Positions 57,726-64,000 of a stretch of DNA of 64,000 bases are shown in pieces. The notes under the pieces were generated by a model. The model was given only the letters and a program-made list of their open reading frames with translations. It was not told where the DNA came from and did not search any database. The stretch's first letter is position 1, and the number at the start of each line of letters is the position of its first letter. Made by a program: the position numbers and the translations under genes. The DNA lies in IMG/VR virus record IMGVR_UViG_3300047322_001237, positions 214,989 through 278,988 of that record; one strand, given 5' to 3'.

Positions 57726-58754
57726 TCAGAGGCCGGACACCTTTCCCAAGAAGACACCTAATGCGAGGGTCCCGAAGCGATCGATGAAGGCGGCTGCCTT
57801 ATCGCTCTTAGATTTCGCAAGATACCCTTTCCACAGGAAGACGATCAAGACGACGAGAAGGAAGACGTAGAACCCTATAACCATCGGCACCCACACCGAA
57901 AGAGGCAAGTTTAGTGGCAGGGTAGAAGTTGATTTAATCGGGTTTGATGTTTGTGCGAAGGCTACCGAAATGGGACTCAGAGGGCTTCGGGAAATCGTAC
58001 TTACCAGTAAGAACAATGTGGTAAGGCATCCGACCAGCCCCGCTGCGAAACCGTCGATACCTCTGACAGCAATCGCTTCGCGGAAGCTGAGTAAGGAATA
58101 GTTGGCTTCGACAATTTCTTGCACGTTCGCACGCTTGGCCACTGAACGACGGTATCGATCAACACTCGTCGGAACTCGGTCCGTATGAGGAGCTTCCTCA
58201 GAAATCTCCCGCCTCAGTTCGTTCTGCTGTTGCGCATTTATGGCGCGCGTTTGAACAGCGCGAAACCCAACATAGTACGGATCTCGAGTTAGAGCGCGCG
58301 TCGACTTGCGGATGGCGTCGCCGGCATCGACGGGCAGCTGCGGCACCAGCTTAGACCAAAACGATTCGATTGCTTTAGCCAGCGAGATGTCTTCTGGATA
58401 ACCGGGAGTCATTGTCCTGTCAACAAATTCTTGGATCAAATTCTCCAACAACCCTCGTGGCGCGTAGGCAGAGCCATATCGCATCAGTTCGAGAAGGCGC
58501 GCAGGAAGGTGTAATGCCAGTATGCACTCGAAGGCGAGTCTTAACGATTGACGATCCAGATCCGTACGATTTTCCTCGAGAACCATGTCGACGGCCTGCC
58601 GTACCGGTATAGATTCCAGTACCTTGAGAGATGGAGGGAAGTCGTGAGGATAGAAGAACTCCAACGCGCGTAATACGCTGACTCGGAGGCGTTCTTCTCG
58701 ACTCAGAAGTAACCAATCCGCACTTAGTTTCGCTTCCGGATCAACTTCGACCAT
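57726..58754 (-). CDS. membrane-anchored accessory protein (AT-richer)
   Basis: 342 aa with two to three C-terminal hydrophobic helices; sits between the two repeat copies. Confidence 0.7.
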   Translation of the reverse strand: MVEVDPEAKLSADWLLLSREERLRVSVLRALEFFYPHDFPPSLKVLESIPVRQAVDMVLEENRTDLDRQSLRLAFECILALHLPARLLELMRYGSAYAPRGLLENLIQEFVDRTMTPGYPEDISLAKAIESFWSKLVPQLPVDAGDAIRKSTRALTRDPYYVGFRAVQTRAINAQQQNELRREISEEAPHTDRVPTSVDRYRRSVAKRANVQEIVEANYSLLSFREAIAVRGIDGFAAGLVGCLTTLFLLVSTISRSPLSPISVAFAQTSNPIKSTSTLPLNLPLSVWVPMVIGFYVFLLVVLIVFLWKGYLAKSKSDKAAAFIDRFGTLALGVFLGKVSGL

Positions 58755-58826
58755 TTGGAGCCTCGCGCGCTATTACTTTGGGGGGACTTAGAACGGACGA
58801 ACGTTTTTCGATTATAGGCGGCAGAA

Positions 58827-58880
58827 CGTCACAGTGGCCAGAGCGGAATACCCCGCTCTGGCCCTTATGCCCTTATGCCG
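58827..58880 (+). repeat. hairpin element copy 2 (GCCAGAGCGG-AATACC-CCGCTCTGGC + TTATGCCC TTATGCCG)
   Basis: Same stem as copy 1; overlaps the terminase stop codon. Confidence 0.85.
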
Positions 58881-61119
58881 CCCTGAGGAAGCGGCGCTCG
58901 TATGCATTCATCGACATCGTCGGTGGACTGTCGCTGAAATGCCCGTGCAGGTTGTTGTAGTGCATCGGCATGTTCCGCCTGTTCGAGACACCGTCACGCA
59001 TGCGCTCGCGCTTCTTCTCCCGTGCGTTGTTGAGGAGCGTATCCAAACTGAAGATCTCACCCTGTTCCAACACGAGCTTGCGATCCAGCATGCGCAGTTG
59101 ATGTTCGAGGCGTTGCGAAATCCACTCGTTCGACTCCTTCGACAGCTGCTCGTAGAGGATCTCGATCTGCTCGCGGACCTGCTGCTGTTCCTGACGCGTT
59201 TGACGATCGATGATCTGCTCTTCCGTCGCCCCGCCCAACGCTGCGCCGATACGACGCTGGTCAATGCCGTAGAACGACAGCATCTTGCCTTTCGTCAGCA
59301 GCCAGTTGCTCAGCAGCCAGCCGATGACCATGTCGTCGTGTCCTCCCGCCGGGTGGTCGATACGACCGTTCTTCGATACCAGCGAGGTGATCTGATCGAT
59401 AAGCGTCTTGTCGTAGACGGCATGACAGCCGCGCTTGGCTGCGAGCTGGAGCGATTCGGAGTAGAGCAAGGTGCGCGACGTTGCGCCCATGCCGCCCGAG
59501 GTCGTGAAGCCAAACATCTTCTTGTAACGCACGTAGATGTCTGCCGGACGACGGCCCATCGGAACCTGGATCTCCTTGAAGCGATCCGGCATCTCGTCAT
59601 AATCCTGAACGACCTTATTGAACAGGCGCTCGAACGGATCGACTCCCATGGTCGGCAGCATCAGCAACAGATAGTCGAGCACCGTCGCGCCTGTGCTTCG
59701 ACGCTCGATGTTCGCCGTGAAGTTCGGGAAGCGGACAAACCAGGTGCAGAGCCATTCGCAGAAGGTGATGATGTTCGTCTCATTGAACGTCCCGGCCGCC
59801 ACCGTTTCCAGTGTCTCGATGTCTTCGAGATAGAGCGAGATGTCGTCGCCACCCGACGCCTCGGACGTATCCATGCCCATCACGAAACGGCCTTCGGCCA
59901 TGCGCTGCTCGATCTCCTCTTCCTCGATGTACCAGCGCGTGACGTAACCTTGCGGACTGATCTCCGTGTGCTTCACATCCTGCACGCTAGCGGTGATCTG
60001 CTTGAGGATCGCCGTCGGCAGCGGGTTGGTCAGCGAGCCGGCTGTCCACATGTTGAAGTAGTCTCGGTTTGCGTCGTCGCCGCTAGCCGTCGATGCTTCC
60101 AGCTTTTCGCGCAGCCACGCATCCGTTTTACCGAGCTGGCGATGGTTGAGGGTGATGTTCACGCGGTAGACGCCACCGCCTTCGCCGCGCGATGCTTTAC
60201 GAACCATGGATTCCAGCTCTTCCTGGTCCCGTGCATCAAAGAACTTTTCCGTCCACACAGCCGCTGCTTGCAGCAGTCCGTAGATGAACGATCCGTCCTT
60301 GTCGTCGATCTTGCCGGCCGTCGTCGTGAAGATCGTGCCGTAGTCGCCACCGTTCGCCTTCACCTTATCCACTGCCGCACCGGTTGCAGCAAGCGCCGAA
60401 CCGACCGCGATCTTGACGTTGGGCTGGAAGGGCGACTCGTCGATGTGCATGATCGGCGAGGTCAGACCGCGGCCGAGCTTGTACGCACCTTTCTCAGACG
60501 CCTGCGGCACGTGCGTCTTGTAGATGTTACCCATCGAGTTGATGGTGATGGCTTCGGTGTTGTTCGTGTCGACCTTCGGGTTTCGCTGGATTAGGTATGG
60601 CGGCAGCTCATCGATACACTTCTTCAGACGGTCGATGTTGGTCTTGCGAAGGATTTCGTCCTTCGTCAACAAGTTGATTTCCGTGTTCTGGCAGCGGAAG
60701 TTCATCAGCAGCGTCATCAACAAGTCGGTCGAGAGCGACTTACCCGTCTGACGAATCTGAATCAGGAACGTCATGACGTGGTTGAAGAAACACCAGAACA
60801 GCGCCACGTTGCCGCGGTTTGCTTCGAAAGGCGTCGAGCCACCGCCACCGATCGGCGGGACCCGCGCGATTTCGCGCATGAAATACCAGCAGTTGTTCTT
60901 GATCTCGACTGCGATGGCAGCCATTTCCTCGATGGTCAGATCAGGAGCGAATGGATCAACGCCCTGGAGCGCCGGGTTCAGGAGCGCGAGGCAAAAGGCG
61001 TTGTTTTTGATGCCCATCTTCCGATAGACAGAGGCCAGTCGGACGTAGCTTTGATTGCTGGTTCTTGTATCGATGATGGCGTTTGGATATTTGAGCCAGT
61101 CTTGTTCGAAGAGAATCAT
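58873..61119 (-). CDS. terminase large subunit (phiKZ gp25-like)
   Basis: Walker A RQTGKS, Walker B HIDE, and RNase-H-like GMDTS...GGDD and HDDM. True start MILFEQDW at 61119 (748 aa). Confidence 0.92.
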   Translation of the reverse strand: MILFEQDWLKYPNAIIDTRTSNQSYVRLASVYRKMGIKNNAFCLALLNPALQGVDPFAPDLTIEEMAAIAVEIKNNCWYFMREIARVPPIGGGGSTPFEANRGNVALFWCFFNHVMTFLIQIRQTGKSLSTDLLMTLLMNFRCQNTEINLLTKDEILRKTNIDRLKKCIDELPPYLIQRNPKVDTNNTEAITINSMGNIYKTHVPQASEKGAYKLGRGLTSPIMHIDESPFQPNVKIAVGSALAATGAAVDKVKANGGDYGTIFTTTAGKIDDKDGSFIYGLLQAAAVWTEKFFDARDQEELESMVRKASRGEGGGVYRVNITLNHRQLGKTDAWLREKLEASTASGDDANRDYFNMWTAGSLTNPLPTAILKQITASVQDVKHTEISPQGYVTRWYIEEEEIEQRMAEGRFVMGMDTSEASGGDDISLYLEDIETLETVAAGTFNETNIITFCEWLCTWFVRFPNFTANIERRSTGATVLDYLLLMLPTMGVDPFERLFNKVVQDYDEMPDRFKEIQVPMGRRPADIYVRYKKMFGFTTSGGMGATSRTLLYSESLQLAAKRGCHAVYDKTLIDQITSLVSKNGRIDHPAGGHDDMVIGWLLSNWLLTKGKMLSFYGIDQRRIGAALGGATEEQIIDRQTRQEQQQVREQIEILYEQLSKESNEWISQRLEHQLRMLDRKLVLEQGEIFSLDTLLNNAREKKRERMRDGVSNRRNMPMHYNNLHGHFSDSPPTMSMNAYERRFLRAA

Positions 61120-61196
61120 TTTCTTTCTCGATGAACGACAACATGCCGTCCATCCCGCCCTCCCTTGTTTGGAAGGCGGGACAGACGACAGGTTGA

Positions 61197-62888
61197 TCAG
61201 TTCTGTTGTATTACGGGGATACCCGCGATGGAGAGTTGAAGGTCGTTTGCGCTGGTGCGCAGGAAGAACGTTACGAACAACGTGCTGTGGTTGGCGATCG
61301 GCACTGTGGACGTCTGAGACGAGTTCCACTGCGAGAGCAGACAGATGATCGGCGAGCTGCCGTCCGGCATCTGAATCGCGAAGTGCGTCGGCACCGGCAG
61401 GCTCGCTTCCTGGGCGAGATCGGTGAGCGGCAGGGTGTTGTAGTAGAACGCCTGCAACCAGTCCGCCTGCGATGCGTAGCCGCTCGTCAGGTTGATGGTG
61501 TAGTTGTTCGCTGCCAACATCGTGGTCGCTGCGAAGTTGCCCGGACCGAACGGCGGCTGCTGGCCCGGCTCGAACTGGACTTCCCACGGCGAGGTCTGCG
61601 TGCCCGGTGCGAGCAGCGTGATGGACACGGTCGAGGTGAACAGGTAGTTCGTGAAGCCCGCGTCGACCTTGTTCAACTGGACCTGACCTTCGATGTTCTG
61701 CTGGATGCCGTAGCCCAGCGGCTGGAAGGCAGGCGAGGCCGGCGAGAACGTAACCAGACTCGTGACATCCCACCAGCTGCTGCGATCGAGTTCGTACAGA
61801 TACCACTGCAGGCGGTAGCCGCTCACCGCGTCGATCCAGACCGGGAACGCGAAGAGCTTGAGCGTGTAGTCGCCGTCTTCGTTGATCGTGACCGCGCTGT
61901 ACTTGGACGTGATGAACTTGGAGTTGTTGACCGAGTTCGCGCCGTACACCGCCTCGTCCGAGGACAGGTTGTACTTGAGCACGAGGTCGAACTTCTCGCC
62001 CACCACCGTCGAGACGAAGCTGTCGAAGCCGAAGATTTGGAACTTGGTCCCGTCCACCGGCAGCGTCGCCGACGAGCCGTCGCTGTACTGCACCACGCCC
62101 ATCAGGTTCAGACCCGAGAGCAGGACGTTCACTGGGAACTGGATGAGCGTCGGATCGGACGTCGCCAAGAACGGGGAAAGCAGCTGGATGCCCGTCACGT
62201 ACTTCACGCCCGTGTCCGCCAGGCGGATGAACGAGGTGTTCTCGATCAGGAGTTGACGCTTCGAGACGACCATGCCGGAGCTCGAATACGCTACCGCAGT
62301 CACCGGGGTGCCGTCGGCAACCTGCACATTCGTGTAGCAGACGGGCACGGTCATCACCGAACCGGTCGAGCCGTCCGGGAAGGTTACGGTCTTGGGCGTC
62401 GTCGGGATCGCTTGATTGAGCAACTTGCCCGACTGATCGTAAAGCGCCGAGATGCAGTTGTTGTTGTCCGAGAAGTCCGAGCCCGTGAAGATCTTCACTG
62501 ACGCGGCTTCATCGCCCGGGAACCACAGACGTGCATCCACCGCCAGCGAATACGGAATCACGCTCGTGTCCAGATAGACGCGATAGGTATCAGCCTGGGT
62601 GCCCGGTCCGACACCCTGGAGCAGGTCGCCAGAGGTCATCACGGCATTGGGCGCCGTGGTGAGCGCCACCAGCGTCGGGATGTAGGTCACCGGATCGACG
62701 ATCGCCACGCGATACCAGTCGTTGGTCGTGTAGTCGCAGACGTAGTCATTGACCTTCGGGATATACATGTTGCTGCCGGACTGGCCCTGATAGACGGACT
62801 GAAGCGCCCAGATCTGCCACAGCCCATTCGGGTTGTAGATCGGGACGCCTCCGTCGGTGCCGGTCGGCAGGTTGACTGCGTCAGCCAT
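61197..62888 (-). CDS. virion structural protein (phiKZ gp26-like position)
   Basis: About 563 aa, beta-rich, T/S/V-rich; directly upstream of the terminase. Confidence 0.7.
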   Translation of the reverse strand: MADAVNLPTGTDGGVPIYNPNGLWQIWALQSVYQGQSGSNMYIPKVNDYVCDYTTNDWYRVAIVDPVTYIPTLVALTTAPNAVMTSGDLLQGVGPGTQADTYRVYLDTSVIPYSLAVDARLWFPGDEAASVKIFTGSDFSDNNNCISALYDQSGKLLNQAIPTTPKTVTFPDGSTGSVMTVPVCYTNVQVADGTPVTAVAYSSSGMVVSKRQLLIENTSFIRLADTGVKYVTGIQLLSPFLATSDPTLIQFPVNVLLSGLNLMGVVQYSDGSSATLPVDGTKFQIFGFDSFVSTVVGEKFDLVLKYNLSSDEAVYGANSVNNSKFITSKYSAVTINEDGDYTLKLFAFPVWIDAVSGYRLQWYLYELDRSSWWDVTSLVTFSPASPAFQPLGYGIQQNIEGQVQLNKVDAGFTNYLFTSTVSITLLAPGTQTSPWEVQFEPGQQPPFGPGNFAATTMLAANNYTINLTSGYASQADWLQAFYYNTLPLTDLAQEASLPVPTHFAIQMPDGSSPIICLLSQWNSSQTSTVPIANHSTLFVTFFLRTSANDLQLSIAGIPVIQQN

Positions 62889-62912
62889 TGACGACTCCAA
62901 AGAGGGAAAGAA

Positions 62913-64000
62913 TTAGCTGCTGCTGATCGCGCTGGCGCTGTTGATGCTGGCGATCGAGACGAAGTTGTTTAGCTGCACCAGACCGTTCAGGTAGATGCGG
63001 ATGACGTGATTCAGGAAGTTGTAGGCGTACAGGTCGAGCGAGATCGTGACCGTCAGGTTGTGCGGACGGATCGTGACGAAGTTCGAATCGGGTTGGTTCG
63101 CCGGTTGCGTCGGGTCGTACGCCAGCAAGTACTCGTACGGTGCGCAGACTTGCTTCACATACGCGTCGTTGTAGAACTGCTTCAACGGCGTTTCGTCGAT
63201 GATGCCGAGAAGAAGGTCGTAGATGATCTTGCAGCAGAACGGACTGAAAATCGGATACAGCGCCGTGATCGTGTCCGGCCCACTCGCCTTGGGGAGCGGA
63301 TAGTACAAGGTCATGTAATCTTCCACGGCCTTGTCGATAGCAACCGCCTTGTCCAAATACTCGTACGTGTCTTCGTTGGTCACGCCAAGCATCGGCACCA
63401 CCACCTTCTCGATTTGGTACGGCAGGCCGTTGATGGTTTGCGGTCCCAGCACATCCGCCGAGTTCTCTGCGAACTTAAGCGCGGTCTTCGGAAAGACACC
63501 ACCGCCCATGACGATCCGGGTTACGTCGTCGTCCCGGATGTTGTAGCGGTTGTTGTTCGAGAGTAGACCGTACTGCACCCAGCCCGTTTCGCGGTAGCTG
63601 CGTTGCGTCAGGTCGCTGTTGCAGAATCCGCTCCATCGGATCGTGATCTGCTGCTGCTTGTCCTGAGGGAAGTCAAGCGCCGTAAGGTTGTTGATCATGA
63701 TCGTCGGAAACTGCATGACGTAGTCGAGATCCTGAATCATCGACCGGCCATTCACGAACACGTCGAGCTGTCCCATCGGAATCTGCATTGCGAAGAGCTG
63801 CAACACGTAGTTCCGGATACCTTCCTGCTGGATCTGGATCGGCAGGTAGCCTTCCTGCGGCTGGATGTACAGGGTGTAGGCGAGCATCACCTTATTGCTT
63901 CGCACGCACGTGTAGACCTTCGTCGGGTCCGTCGACCAAGTGAGCAGCGTCCCCACGACCGAGTACTGACTGCTGTCGGTCACGTCTTCCCAGGCATAGG
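62913..64000 (-). CDS. large virion structural protein, C-terminal part (phiKZ gp27-like position)
   Basis: The frame is open to the window end, so the gene is partial. Confidence 0.7.
   Translation of the reverse strand, partial: YAWEDVTDSSQYSVVGTLLTWSTDPTKVYTCVRSNKVMLAYTLYIQPQEGYLPIQIQQEGIRNYVLQLFAMQIPMGQLDVFVNGRSMIQDLDYVMQFPTIMINNLTALDFPQDKQQQITIRWSGFCNSDLTQRSYRETGWVQYGLLSNNNRYNIRDDDVTRIVMGGGVFPKTALKFAENSADVLGPQTINGLPYQIEKVVVPMLGVTNEDTYEYLDKAVAIDKAVEDYMTLYYPLPKASGPDTITALYPIFSPFCCKIIYDLLLGIIDETPLKQFYNDAYVKQVCAPYEYLLAYDPTQPANQPDSNFVTIRPHNLTVTISLDLYAYNFLNHVIRIYLNGLVQLNNFVSIASINSASAISSS

Larger units (their letters stand above)
1..64000. mobile_element. phiKZ-like nucleus-forming jumbo phage genome segment carrying a plasmid replicon (putative phage-plasmid)
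   Basis: Chimallin-, PhuZ-, nvRNAP-, PolB- and terminase-like ORFs in phiKZ-like order, with parA-parB-repA embedded. No host housekeeping context or integrase in the window. Confidence 0.9.

Noticed and set aside
61120-61806. 229-aa N-terminal extension of the terminase in the ORF track
   Set aside because: It overlaps the upstream structural gene in another frame and the intergenic hairpin; the real start is MILFEQDW at 61119.
1-64000. Integrase/att sites, IS elements, tRNAs, introns or inteins in the RNAP, polymerase and terminase genes
   Set aside because: No recombinase or transposase motifs or tRNA T-loop were seen, and core gene lengths leave no room for insertions. Such features may exist outside the window.

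Overview
The window is a contiguous, apparently intact segment of a phiKZ-like, nucleus-forming jumbo phage genome (Chimalliviridae-type). Gene numbers below are recalled from phiKZ gene order plus motifs, not from a database search. Recognisable phage core: chimallin (ChmA), PhuZ tubulin, four non-virion RNA polymerase subunits (split beta' with NADFDGD, beta, gp68-like), PicA/Imp1-like import factor, ChmC-like RNA-binding protein, SbcD-like nuclease, SF2 helicase, family-B DNA polymerase, large terminase and virion genes. Inserted between the helicase and the next phage operon (about 4.1-12.5 kb) is a Burkholderiaceae-type plasmid maintenance module: parA-parB-repA with a structured repA leader, an H-NS-like silencer, a LexA-box-controlled imuA and a ligase domain. 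No integrase, tRNA or CRISPR array was seen. The leading hypothesis is a temperate, plasmid-maintained nucleus-forming jumbo phage (phage-plasmid); the characterised members of this group are regarded as lytic. Supporting non-coding signals: a near-palindromic (T/C)ATATCAC motif upstream of early-type genes, a recurrent hairpin+TATG(C/A)C element at operon ends, three contiguous hairpins with identical CTGGAAA loops before repA, and a repeat-flanked membrane-protein cassette next to the terminase. Novelty could not be checked without searches.
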